From assembly GCA_046583315.1 (NCBI GenBank), contig JAYGCN010000288.1, positions 24,807 through 88,806 on the forward strand: a stretch of 64,000 nucleotides of DNA, written 5' to 3'. Within the stretch, counting starts at the first letter, position 1. The number at the start of each line of letters is the position of its first letter. This document shows positions 1-9,942 of the stretch, piece by piece. This DNA is from Candidatus Hydrogenedentota bacterium (GTDB lineage Bacteria > Hydrogenedentota > Hydrogenedentia > Hydrogenedentales > GCA-2746185). The position numbers and the translations under genes are program-made. Under the pieces are notes generated by a model, which searched no databases, was not told where the DNA came from, and worked only from the letters and a program-made list of their open reading frames with translations.

Positions 1-1158
1 GGCTTCGATCCATTCGCGGTAGGGGGATTTGCCCTTGTTTTTCACCTGAACGCGTTCGATGGTCTGCTCAGGTTTAACAAAGTTCTTGAACTTACTTTCC
101 GGTAGAAGACGTGGACGGTCACCGTAGGTGTCGCAGGTCGCGTATCCATCGGTACCCACGAACAGCGTGCCGTTGTCGCCTTCACCGAGCTGCACGTCAG
201 CCGGAATATCCTTCGGACGCGGAGGCAGGTTGCCGCCGTCATACCAGTAGAGATCCACGGGCGGCTGATCGCCACGTGCCGGGAATTCATACTTGATGAC
301 CGACTTATTCGGGAAGGTTTCGTCATTGAGGCCATCGGAGGAGAGCAGTTCTACGCTGATAGGGCCAACCGAACTGAGGTTGAGCGCCCAGTTCGCGGGG
401 TCAGCAATGTGGCACGCCATATCGCCGAGCGCACCGGCACCATAATCCCACCAGCCACGCCAGTTGAACGGCAAGTACTTGCGACTGTAAGGGCGGTGTG
501 GAGCTGGACCTTGCCAGAGATCCCAGTCAAGAGTTTCGGGAACCTTATCCACTCTGTCCGGGCGACCGATGCCTTGCGGCCATACCGGACGATTGGTCCA
601 AATGTGTGCTTCTTTGATGTCGCCAATCGCGCCGCTCCAGATGAGTTCGCACATGTCGCGCACGCCGTTGAAGCTGTGGCCCTGATTACCCATTTGAGTG
701 ATGGCACCCGTTTCACGTGCGGTCAGAGTCAGGTGACGCGCTTCACCGATGCTGTAGGTCAGAGGCTTTTGGCAATATACGTGTTTGCCCTGGCGCATCG
801 CGTAATCGGCGGCGTAGGCGTGGAAGTGATCCGGCGTTGAAACAGTGACGGCGTCAATCTCCGGATGTTTATCCAACATTTCGCGGAAGTCTTTGTAACG
901 TTTAGCTTTCGGCATTTCTTCGAAGGTGCGTCGCGCGTTCTTCCAGTCGACGTCAGACAGTGCAACGATATTTTCGTCCGCACAACCGTTCGTGTCGGCG
1001 TGGCCTTTACCGCCCGCTCCAATCGCAGCGATATTCAGCTTGGAGGCTGCCAAGGTGTAATTCGGATTGTGGGTGTGGAATGGTTTTTTGAGTTGTGAAG
1101 CGACAGCAGCCGCAGCTGTGCCTTTCAGAAAGCCTCGACGGGTGAGTTTTTTTGCCAT
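1..1158 (-). CDS. Tat-exported Gfo/Idh/MocA family oxidoreductase (3' end runs off the window)
   Basis: Absent from the ORF track because no stop lies in the window. Manual translation from ATG 1158 gives MAKKLTRRGFLKGTAAAA (Tat motif), NIAAIGAGGKG (Rossmann), STPDHFH, HVYCQKP and WRGWWDYGAGALGDMACH. GAGGA RBS upstream. Confidence 0.9.
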   Translation of the reverse strand, partial: MAKKLTRRGFLKGTAAAAVASQLKKPFHTHNPNYTLAASKLNIAAIGAGGKGHADTNGCADENIVALSDVDWKNARRTFEEMPKAKRYKDFREMLDKHPEIDAVTVSTPDHFHAYAADYAMRQGKHVYCQKPLTYSIGEARHLTLTARETGAITQMGNQGHSFNGVRDMCELIWSGAIGDIKEAHIWTNRPVWPQGIGRPDRVDKVPETLDWDLWQGPAPHRPYSRKYLPFNWRGWWDYGAGALGDMACHIADPANWALNLSSVGPISVELLSSDGLNDETFPNKSVIKYEFPARGDQPPVDLYWYDGGNLPPRPKDIPADVQLGEGDNGTLFVGTDGYATCDTYGDRPRLLPESKFKNFVKPEQTIERVQVKNKGKSPYREWIEA

Positions 1159-1327
1159 GAATGGGTCCTCTTATGTTGCAATGACAGGGTATAAATACAG
1201 TTGTATCGCCTTACACGCAATACCCGTCAAGCATAACCAAAAAGTTTTGTCCGATCAATCCCCTATTGTAGAAGAAAACAGGTGTCGGTGAATCCCGTTG
1301 AGTCCCATTCCAGATCCCCCTAAAGAA

Positions 1328-1356
1328 TTGAAAATTAAGGAGATACCCTGTATGAT
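1328..1356 (+). promoter_or_regulatory. Putative sigma70 promoter of the pfa-ole operon
   Basis: TTGAAA(1328-1333)-17 bp-TATGAT(1351-1356), about 130 bp upstream of pfaD. Confidence 0.55.
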
Positions 1357-1484
1357 ATTGTCCTCGATTCAGAGTGTTTTTTGATAGGCTGAGGGAAACT
1401 GTTGACGAATCGAAGCTGCGACGCTGAGAAGCGTTCTTTTTTGTTCGTAACATAAGTATTGACAGTTAGTTATAAGGATTACAT

Positions 1485-3137
1485 GTGAGCACTATTTCGA
1501 CCCAAAATACCGTTGGAAACCGTCCAATAGCCGGATTCACCTCCGAAGAGGCCGTGGCCCAAGCCCGAAATGACCGCTCGATGGGTGATCTAATCGGGCA
1601 GATCGATGCCGGATTGGCCGTAATCGCTTCGGGTGACCAATTGGAATGCGTATACGCCGTGGACATCTCCGCGGCCTCTTCCGAACAGGTCAACATCCCT
1701 GTGCTCGGCACCATCGCTGCCGTCAATCCTGCAACCTTGGGCGATCCGAGTTTCTGTCAAGATCACGGGCTGCGATTCGCGTATGTCGCGGGTGCCATGG
1801 CCAACGGAATCGCGTCCGTCGAAGTCGTGGAGGCGATGAGTCGCGGTGGAATGCTCGGATTTTTTGGTGCAGCAGGACTCGTCGTGCCACAGGTCGAGCA
1901 CGCGGTTGATAGACTCAAGGCATCTCTCGGCGATGAACCCTTTGGCGTGAATCTGATTCACTCGCCCAACGAGTCTGCCGTGGAAATGGCCATCGCGGAT
2001 ATGATGCTGGACAAAGGCGTTCATTTGATAGAGGCGTCGGCGTTTTTGAAAATTACTCCGGCTGTTGTCAAATACAGACTCACCGGAATTCACCGTGCTG
2101 AAGATGGCACGATGGTAACGCCGAACAAGATTGTGGCGAAGGTTTCACGCGAAGAGCTGGCCGAAAAATTCTTCTCTCCGGCACCCGAAAAGATCGTGCA
2201 AAAATTGCTTGATGCCGGAGAAATTACGGCAGAGGAAGCAGAACTTTCTAAACACGTTCCCATTGCGCAAGACATTACCGCTGAAGCCGACTCAGGCGGT
2301 CATACCGATCATCGTCCCGCGCTCTCCTTGTTGCCAACGCTTCTTTCCTTGCGTGACCGTATGCAAACAGAACACGGATATGATGTGCCGTTGCGTGTCG
2401 GTCTTGGCGGAGGCATATCTACGCCGGAATCCGCCGTCGCTGCATTTGTGATGGGTGCGGCCTATATCGTTACGGGTACGGTGAATCAGGCCTGCCAGGA
2501 ATCGGGGACTTCTGACCTCGTACGCCAGATGCTTTCTGAAACCAAACAGGCCGACGTCGCCAAGGCGCCCGCCGCGGACATGTTTGAAATGGGCGTGACG
2601 GTGCAAGTGGTGAAACGCGGTACCATGTTTGCCATGCGGGGCAATAAGCTATACGAACTCTATCGCGCCTACAACAGCCTTGAAGAAATTCCTCAGGCCG
2701 AACGGGAAAAGCTGGAGAAGCAGGTATTTCGGGCGACCTTTGAGGAAACGTGGGCGAGTACGAAAGCATTCTTCGAAGAACGCGACCCGCGCCAGATTGT
2801 ACGTGCCGAGGAAAATCCCAAACATAAAATGGCGCTCGTGTTTCGTTCGTATCTTGGGCAGGCGTCGATGTGGGCAAATCGCGGTGTCGAAGATCGCAAG
2901 ATGGATTTTCAAATCTGGTGTGGCCCGGCCATGGGCGCGTTCAACGAATGGGCCAGCGGTTCGTTTCTGGAAGAGTACACCCAGCGCGGCGTGGAAGTCG
3001 TCGGCAAGAATATTCTCTACGGCGCGGCGGTATTAACCCGTGTGCAACAGGCCCGCAATCTCGGCCTGCGTGTTACGGCAACAGACCTGAATCTTCAGCC
3101 CCGTTCGCTCGACGAGTTGAGCGGCTTTTTCGAATAG
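1485..3137 (+). CDS. pfaD: PfaD family enoyl-ACP reductase (FMN-dependent, PUFA synthase)
   Basis: YVAGAMANGIAS, EADSGGHTD, APAADMFEMG and QIWCGPAMGAFNEW motifs; GTG start with AAGGA RBS; directly upstream of pfaA. Confidence 0.95.
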   Translation: MSTISTQNTVGNRPIAGFTSEEAVAQARNDRSMGDLIGQIDAGLAVIASGDQLECVYAVDISAASSEQVNIPVLGTIAAVNPATLGDPSFCQDHGLRFAYVAGAMANGIASVEVVEAMSRGGMLGFFGAAGLVVPQVEHAVDRLKASLGDEPFGVNLIHSPNESAVEMAIADMMLDKGVHLIEASAFLKITPAVVKYRLTGIHRAEDGTMVTPNKIVAKVSREELAEKFFSPAPEKIVQKLLDAGEITAEEAELSKHVPIAQDITAEADSGGHTDHRPALSLLPTLLSLRDRMQTEHGYDVPLRVGLGGGISTPESAVAAFVMGAAYIVTGTVNQACQESGTSDLVRQMLSETKQADVAKAPAADMFEMGVTVQVVKRGTMFAMRGNKLYELYRAYNSLEEIPQAEREKLEKQVFRATFEETWASTKAFFEERDPRQIVRAEENPKHKMALVFRSYLGQASMWANRGVEDRKMDFQIWCGPAMGAFNEWASGSFLEEYTQRGVEVVGKNILYGAAVLTRVQQARNLGLRVTATDLNLQPRSLDELSGFFE

Positions 3138-3174
3138 ATCGAAACGAACCAGGCAGTGCAAAGGAGTCGTCCCA

Positions 3175-6100
3175 GTGAGTGACGCGACCGACAAGAACAA
3201 AGCGAACGGTGAACAGCTCAAACCTTTGGCCATCGTGGGCATCGGCAGCATGTTCCCCAAAGCGCAGGACCTTGAACAATACTGGTCCAACATCAAGGAA
3301 GGTGTGGACGCGATCACGGAGGTGCCGGACTCGCACTGGAGCCCGGACGACTACTACGACGCCGATCAGAAACGTCCCGACTTCACCTACGGTCGCCGCG
3401 GGGGCTTTATCGAACCCTACAAATTCGACCCGCTCAAATACGGCATGCCGCCGACCACCATCGAAGCGACCGACACCGCTCAACTGCTCGGTATGGTTGT
3501 GGCCGAACAAGCGATGGAAGATGCGGGCTATGGAGTGACGGACGATTTTGATCGTGATAAAGTCAGCGTGATCCTCGGTGTCACGGGTGCGTTGGAGCTC
3601 GTTATCCCTCTTGGCGCACGTTTGAGTCATCCGCAATGGCGCAAGGCGATGCAGGACGCGGGTATGGAAGCGGCTCAGATCGAAGATGCCATGTCACGCA
3701 TGAGCGATTCTTATGTGGATTGGCAGGAGGCATCGTTTCCCGGACTGCTCGGCAATGTCGTGGCCGGACGCATCTCGAAATACCTGAATACGGGTGGCAC
3801 GAATTGCGTGGTGGATGCGGCCTGTGCGAGTTCTTTCAGCGCGTTGCATCTTGCTGCATTGGAACTCGAATCCGGCAAGGCCGACATGGTCATCACCGGC
3901 GGCACAGATACTTTCAACGATATTTTCATGTACATGTGTTTCTCGAAAACGCCTGCACTGTCGCCGACAGGAAATTCCAAACCATTCGCCAATGATTGCG
4001 ATGGCACGATTCTCGGCGAAGGCCTGGGCATGGTTGTGCTCAAACGTCTCGAGGATGCCGAACGTGACGACGATAAAATTTACGCCGTGCTCAAAGGCGT
4101 GGGATCGTCGAGCGATGGTAAAGGCGATGCTATCTATGCGCCAAGCTCACCCGGACAAAAGAAATGCCTCGAATCAGCCTACCGTGCGGCCGGCGTAACC
4201 CCGGACACTATCGAATTGCTTGAAGCACATGGTACCGGCACGATGAAGGGCGATGCGGTGGAAGCGTCTGCCCTGTGCGATGTCTACGGAAACGGAAGCG
4301 AACGTGTCGGCACATGGTGCGCGCTTGGTTCCGTGAAATCACAGATCGGTCACACGAAATCGTCAGCGGGTGCTGCTGGACTCATCAAAGCCGTTCTCAG
4401 TCTTTACAACAAAGTATTGCCTCCGACCATCAAAGTTGATCAGCCTGCGGATGCCGTCGCTCCGGGCACGACACCCTTCTACGTCAACACAACAAAACGT
4501 CCCTGGGTCAGTAGCGATGGTCACCCACGTCGTGCGGGCGTCAGCGCCTTCGGTTTTGGAGGCAGCAATTTCCATTTAGTGTTGGAAGAATATGTGCCCA
4601 AGAAAACCGAGGTCGATTGGGATGGATTGACCCAGATACTCGCCTATTCCACCGACACGCCCGAAGAACTCAAGGTGACGGTCAATAAAGTTGCTGACTC
4701 TGACTGGGCCACGTTGCGCGCGGAAGCGAAACTGAGCCGCGAATCCTTTGATGCGACTAAGAATTGCCGTCTTGTGCTTGTAATCGAGTGTGGCAAATCG
4801 AATTTCTCAAAACTGAAGTCCGCCGTGACCGCTGGCTTTGACAAACACGGCGGCACCGAATCCTGGTCATCGCCCGAAGGCATTTACTACGGCACGGGCA
4901 CGCCCGACGGACAACTCGCATTTATATTCCCCGGACAGGGCGCGCAATATACCGACATGCTGAAGGATCTCGCTTGTCAGTTCCCCGAAATGATCGATGC
5001 ACTCGATCTCGCGGACGAGGTCTACGGAATCGGGGAAGACGGTACACGACTCAGCGATCGCATCTATCCGCACCCAACCTTTGACAAAGAATTCGCCAAA
5101 CGAGATACCGCCGCGCTCACGAAAACCGGCGTTGCGCAACCCGCTATTGGTTGCGTCAGTCTCGGAGCGATGAATGTGCTGAGCCGTTTTGACATTGCAC
5201 CCGAAGCCGCCGCTGGACACAGCTACGGCGAATTGACCGCGCTTCATGCGGGAGGCGTACTTACCGCCGATGGACTCGTGCAAGCCTCGAAGCTTCGCGG
5301 TGAACTCATGGGAGCAGGCGAGGGTGATTGCGGAACGATGCTCGCTGTGCGCGGGGACATTGCAGCGACCCAGGCTGTCATCAATGAAGAAGAACTCGAT
5401 GTCGTCATTGCCAACAAGAATTCTCCTGAGCAAGCGGTGCTTTCCGGTACGACGGAAGCGATTCAACAAGCCAAAGGCGTATTTGACGCGCGCAAGATTT
5501 CCAGTACCCCGCTCACTGTCGCTGCGGCGTTCCACTCGAAGCTGGTGGCCGATGCTGCGAAACCTTTCGCTGAGGGACTGGCCGACGTGGAATTTTCGAA
5601 AGCGACGATTCCGATATTTTCAAACACAACAGGCGAACAGTATCCGAAAGATATCAAAGAAGCCCGCACACTTCTCGCCAATCAGCTCGCGAATCCAGTT
5701 GAATTCGTCAACGAAATTACGGCGCTTTATAAATCCGGCGTACGCACCTTTATCGAAGTGGGACCCGGCGCACGCATGACGGGACTCATAAAAGCGATTC
5801 TCAAAGACACGTCGCCTAATGCTTACGCCCTCGACGCATCAAACGGTAAACAGTCGGGCATCACTGACCTCGCGAAAACGCTCGCGCAAACGGCCGCGCT
5901 GGGACATACGGTCGATCTGGCACCGTGGGACGAACATTTTGTTGTGCCGCCTGCGTCCGACGGCAAGAAACGCCTTATCCTGGAACTGACCGGCGCCAAC
6001 TATCGGTCCGACAAATCGCTCAAGCGTATGGAGAAAGCCGCTACGCCGCCGAAACCTGTGGCACCTGCAACTCCGGCATCTCAGCAAGCAGTGGTATCGA

Positions 6101-9100
6101 ATCCTGGAATCGCTTCGATGCCTCAACCCGTCGCGCCACCCGTACAATCTGCGCCTATCCCTACGGATAATTCCGCGCTGAGCAATTTGCTCGCTCAGAC
6201 GCAATCGAATATCGCGGCCTTGCAACAGATGCAACAACAGACCGCGCAGCTACACGCGCAATTCCTGCAAGGCCAGGAACAGGCCAGTAAAACCTTTACT
6301 ACGCTTATGCAACAGCAACAGGCGCTCTATTCCCAGACCGGACAGGTTGCGTCGATGCCTGTCATGCCTGCGGCGACACCCGTACAGCCGATTGCTCAAA
6401 CACTTCAGCCGATCGTTCCGGAACCGATGACCGCACCTGCGCCGACGGTTGCTCCGGCACAAGCGAAAACAAGTGAGCTGGTGGTGAAGACGCTGATGGC
6501 GGTCGTTTCCGAGAAGACCGGGTATCCCGAAGACATGCTTGAACTTTCGATGAGTCTTGATGCCGATCTCGGGATTGACTCCATCAAACGAGTCGAAATT
6601 CTTTCTGCCTTGCAAGAACAAATCCCCGAATTACCAACCATCGAAGCCGACGAGTTGGGTTCAATCGAGACGCTTCAGGATATCGTCGGTAAACTCGACA
6701 CCGTCGTTACGGACGACACGCTTGCCGGTTCACCCGCGGCGGCGCAGGCATCACAAGAACAGCTCACGCTGGTACTGTTGGATATCGTGTCTGAAAAAAC
6801 CGGGTACCCCACGGACATGCTCGAACTTTCGATGAGTCTTGACGCCGATCTTGGCATTGATTCCATCAAACGGGTAGAAATTCTCTCCGCCTTGCAAGAG
6901 TCCATGCCCGAGCTTCCGACGATTGAGGCCGAAGTCCTGGGTAGCCTGGAGACATTGCAAAATATTGTCGATCACTTGAAGGAATACGCCCCTGTAGGCA
7001 CACCCGTATCCGTTCCCGGCGCGACCGTTCAGCGCCTGCTGATGGAGATTGTTTCAGAGAAAACAGGTTATCCCGAGGATATGCTAGAGCTCGAAATGAG
7101 TCTCGACGCCGATCTGGGAATCGACTCAATAAAACGCGTAGAGATATTGTCTGCGTTGCAAGAAGAAATGCCTGAACTGCCCAGCGTAGAGGCCGAAGAC
7201 ATGGGCGCACTGGAAACGCTTCAGGACGTGCTCGATTATCTTGCCGACCGTAGCGCTGCAGAAGCGCCCGCAGCGGTCGCGACATCGTTGAGCGTTAATC
7301 TGGACACCATGCGTTCCGATTTACTCGATATCATTTCTGACAAAACGGGGTATCCCGCCGATATGCTCGACACCTCGATGAGCCTCGACGCGGACCTTGG
7401 CATCGATTCGATCAAACGCGTTGAAATTTTGTCGGCGATGCAAGAAGCGCATCCCGAATTGCCCACCGTCGAGGCCGAAGCACTCGGTAACCTGGAAACC
7501 ATCGACGATGTGTTGCGGACGCTGAGCGAATCGGCACCGAATCCGGCACCCGCGCAGACCGAGAATGTATCTGCACCAACAGTAGAATCGCCAGTCGACA
7601 AAATTGACCGCATTCAGCGTCAGGTCATCACTGTCGGATCGGTTCCCGCGAAACGGGCGCGCTTTAATTTGAACGCCGACGCACTATGGACCATTCTGGG
7701 CGACGAAAGTGATGCACTTACGAAAGCCGTCACCAATGAATTGTCCGAGCGTGGGTTTTCTACCGCACTCACACCCTCCGAAGATTCACAGGCTGTCCTT
7801 TTGATTGCACCCGAAGACGGTTTCGATGATGATGCACTGAAATCAGCGTTCTTCGATGTGCAAGCCGCAACTCGACATCTTTCCGAACTTAAATCGAAGA
7901 CTCTTTTTGCCACCGTGTCGCGCATGGATGGTCAATTTGGGTTGACGGGTGCGTGTTCCGAGTCACAAGCCCTGACTGGAAGCCTCGCGGGTCTCGCCAA
8001 GACCGCTTCCCACGAATGGGACACGGTCAATTCTCGCGCGTTGGACATCGCATCTGATTTTGAGTCGAAAGAAGTCGCTGCAAAAGCCGTGGTTGATGAA
8101 TTGCTTCAGGATGCGCCTGTCGAAATGGGACTTTCTGCGAATCGTATCGTAACGCTTGAACTCGAAGACGTGTCCGTGGATGAATCGGCACCTCTTAATT
8201 TCACTTCCGAGGATGTCATTGTCATCTCCGGTGGCGCGCGCGGGGTTACCGCTGAAGTCGCCGCGAGTTTTGCCGAGGCCGGAGCGCCTACACTGCTGCT
8301 TCTTGGTCGGAGTGCAGCCCCCTCTGACGAGGAAAGCTGGCTGGCGGGTGTTGACTCGGAAGCCGAGATCAAAAAAGCCATCATGCAGAATACAGACGAA
8401 AAGTTGTCGCCGAAAGATCTGCAATCGGTCTATGATGCCATCGCACGTAACCGTGAAATGGCGCAGATGATTGGCCGGATGGAAGCGGCGGGGTCGACCT
8501 TGATTTATCGCAGTGTTGATATCCGCGATGCCGAGTCCGTTGCAACAATTCTAGCCGAAGTACGCGCGGAACATGGCCCGATCACTGGGTTTGTCCATGG
8601 CGCAGGCGTTCTTGCTGATCGATTCATTCATGATAAGACGCGCGAACAGTTCGATAACGTCTACGATACAAAAGTTCTCGGGTTACGCGCGTTACTGAGT
8701 GCCCTTTCAAACGATCCGCTCAAGGCGATGGTATTATTCTCTTCTTCTACGGGACGTTTCGGTCGCAAGGGTCAGGTGGATTACGCCATGGCGAACGAAG
8801 TGCTCAACAAGATCGCCCACACTCAGTCGAAAGCGCGTCCCGACTGCCGCGTTGTCTCCGTGAACTGGGGGCCTTGGGCCGGAGGCATGGTGACACCGTC
8901 GCTGCGTGCGGTATTCGAAAGTGAAGGCATCGGTCTCATCGGATTGCAAGCCGGAGCTGATTATCTCCTGCGTGAGCTCAATCAATCGCCACAAGGAAAT
9001 CAGGAAATCGTCATCCTGGGATGCGCGGGTGACGCTCCGGTGAGTACTTCGACAACCGACGAAGAGATTGTTCCTACGTTGACCACAACGATCGACACGC

Positions 9101-9933
9101 AAAGCCATTCCTTTCTGAAGTCACATGTAATCGATGGCAAGGCGGTCCTGCCGGTCGCGATTTTTGTGGAATGGTTTGCGCATACCGCGCTGCATGCGAA
9201 TCCGGGACTGCATTATCTTGGCATTGATGATGTGCGCGTATTCAAAGGCGTACGCATCGGCGAGTCCGAATCGCTTGAACTTGCACTGGTCGCTACGAAA
9301 TCTGACCAACGGAATGGCAAAAATCTCGTTCATGTCACGCTGCGTTCGGGAGGCAACTGGTCCACGCTGCATGCGCAAGGCACCGTGCGACTCGGAACGC
9401 GTTATGAGGTCGCTGAAGAAATCGATTCGGAAAACTCGCTCGGTGATTATCCCCATACCATGAACGAAGTTTACGATAACGGGCTACTTTTCCACGGTGA
9501 AGCCTTCCAGGGAATCTGTGCGGTGACCGGATACGGTGAGGGCGGTGTCGACGCAACCGTTCAACCCGCGCCATCCCCGACCGATTGGATGACGAAGCCG
9601 TTGCGGCGTAAATGGGTCGGTGATCCCATGGTGATGGACTGCGCGTTTCAGGCGATGATTCTGTGGGTCTTTGAAAAATACAAAGCGGGATCGTTGCCGG
9701 TATCGTTCAAGCGCTACACGCAATATCAATCCTCATGGCCCAAAGGAGAAGTTTCCATTCGGGCGCGCATCGAAAAAGATTCTGCTCATCAGGCCGTCGC
9801 CACGATTGACTGTCTTAGCACCAAGACCGGCGCACTGCTCGCGCGTATCGAAGGATACGAATGCGTCATTGATGCCAGCCTGAACGAAGCCTTTCAGCGC
9901 GCACACCTCGCCGATAACCCGTCGAAGGGATAG
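3175..9933 (+). CDS. pfaA: PfaA-type iterative PKS/PUFA synthase: KS-MAT-ACPx4-KR-DH
   Basis: KS triad (DAACASS, EAHGTGT, IGHTK), AT (GHSYGE, AAFHS), four LGIDSIKRVE ACPs, KR (SGGARGVT, HGAGVLAD, YAMAN) and a C-terminal PKS-type DH (HVIDGKAVLP). Confidence 0.95.
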   Translation: MSDATDKNKANGEQLKPLAIVGIGSMFPKAQDLEQYWSNIKEGVDAITEVPDSHWSPDDYYDADQKRPDFTYGRRGGFIEPYKFDPLKYGMPPTTIEATDTAQLLGMVVAEQAMEDAGYGVTDDFDRDKVSVILGVTGALELVIPLGARLSHPQWRKAMQDAGMEAAQIEDAMSRMSDSYVDWQEASFPGLLGNVVAGRISKYLNTGGTNCVVDAACASSFSALHLAALELESGKADMVITGGTDTFNDIFMYMCFSKTPALSPTGNSKPFANDCDGTILGEGLGMVVLKRLEDAERDDDKIYAVLKGVGSSSDGKGDAIYAPSSPGQKKCLESAYRAAGVTPDTIELLEAHGTGTMKGDAVEASALCDVYGNGSERVGTWCALGSVKSQIGHTKSSAGAAGLIKAVLSLYNKVLPPTIKVDQPADAVAPGTTPFYVNTTKRPWVSSDGHPRRAGVSAFGFGGSNFHLVLEEYVPKKTEVDWDGLTQILAYSTDTPEELKVTVNKVADSDWATLRAEAKLSRESFDATKNCRLVLVIECGKSNFSKLKSAVTAGFDKHGGTESWSSPEGIYYGTGTPDGQLAFIFPGQGAQYTDMLKDLACQFPEMIDALDLADEVYGIGEDGTRLSDRIYPHPTFDKEFAKRDTAALTKTGVAQPAIGCVSLGAMNVLSRFDIAPEAAAGHSYGELTALHAGGVLTADGLVQASKLRGELMGAGEGDCGTMLAVRGDIAATQAVINEEELDVVIANKNSPEQAVLSGTTEAIQQAKGVFDARKISSTPLTVAAAFHSKLVADAAKPFAEGLADVEFSKATIPIFSNTTGEQYPKDIKEARTLLANQLANPVEFVNEITALYKSGVRTFIEVGPGARMTGLIKAILKDTSPNAYALDASNGKQSGITDLAKTLAQTAALGHTVDLAPWDEHFVVPPASDGKKRLILELTGANYRSDKSLKRMEKAATPPKPVAPATPASQQAVVSNPGIASMPQPVAPPVQSAPIPTDNSALSNLLAQTQSNIAALQQMQQQTAQLHAQFLQGQEQASKTFTTLMQQQQALYSQTGQVASMPVMPAATPVQPIAQTLQPIVPEPMTAPAPTVAPAQAKTSELVVKTLMAVVSEKTGYPEDMLELSMSLDADLGIDSIKRVEILSALQEQIPELPTIEADELGSIETLQDIVGKLDTVVTDDTLAGSPAAAQASQEQLTLVLLDIVSEKTGYPTDMLELSMSLDADLGIDSIKRVEILSALQESMPELPTIEAEVLGSLETLQNIVDHLKEYAPVGTPVSVPGATVQRLLMEIVSEKTGYPEDMLELEMSLDADLGIDSIKRVEILSALQEEMPELPSVEAEDMGALETLQDVLDYLADRSAAEAPAAVATSLSVNLDTMRSDLLDIISDKTGYPADMLDTSMSLDADLGIDSIKRVEILSAMQEAHPELPTVEAEALGNLETIDDVLRTLSESAPNPAPAQTENVSAPTVESPVDKIDRIQRQVITVGSVPAKRARFNLNADALWTILGDESDALTKAVTNELSERGFSTALTPSEDSQAVLLIAPEDGFDDDALKSAFFDVQAATRHLSELKSKTLFATVSRMDGQFGLTGACSESQALTGSLAGLAKTASHEWDTVNSRALDIASDFESKEVAAKAVVDELLQDAPVEMGLSANRIVTLELEDVSVDESAPLNFTSEDVIVISGGARGVTAEVAASFAEAGAPTLLLLGRSAAPSDEESWLAGVDSEAEIKKAIMQNTDEKLSPKDLQSVYDAIARNREMAQMIGRMEAAGSTLIYRSVDIRDAESVATILAEVRAEHGPITGFVHGAGVLADRFIHDKTREQFDNVYDTKVLGLRALLSALSNDPLKAMVLFSSSTGRFGRKGQVDYAMANEVLNKIAHTQSKARPDCRVVSVNWGPWAGGMVTPSLRAVFESEGIGLIGLQAGADYLLRELNQSPQGNQEIVILGCAGDAPVSTSTTDEEIVPTLTTTIDTQSHSFLKSHVIDGKAVLPVAIFVEWFAHTALHANPGLHYLGIDDVRVFKGVRIGESESLELALVATKSDQRNGKNLVHVTLRSGGNWSTLHAQGTVRLGTRYEVAEEIDSENSLGDYPHTMNEVYDNGLLFHGEAFQGICAVTGYGEGGVDATVQPAPSPTDWMTKPLRRKWVGDPMVMDCAFQAMILWVFEKYKAGSLPVSFKRYTQYQSSWPKGEVSIRARIEKDSAHQAVATIDCLSTKTGALLARIEGYECVIDASLNEAFQRAHLADNPSKG
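6481..7530 (+). repeat. Four tandem ACP-coding repeats inside pfaA
   Basis: Four copies of (V/I)S(E/D)KTGYPxDML...SLDADLGIDSIKRVEILSA(L/M)QE separated by Ala/Pro-rich linkers; boundaries approximate. Confidence 0.9.
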
Positions 9934-9942
9934 TCCAAGGTC

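Noticed and set aside
1459..1464. Perfect TTGACA upstream of pfaD as a -35 box
   Set aside because: A matching -10 would fall on the start codon; 1328-1356 is the better promoter.
6481..7530. Repeated DNA blocks as a CRISPR array or mobile repeat
   Set aside because: They are in-frame ACP domains of pfaA with synonymous divergence; no spacer structure and no cas genes.
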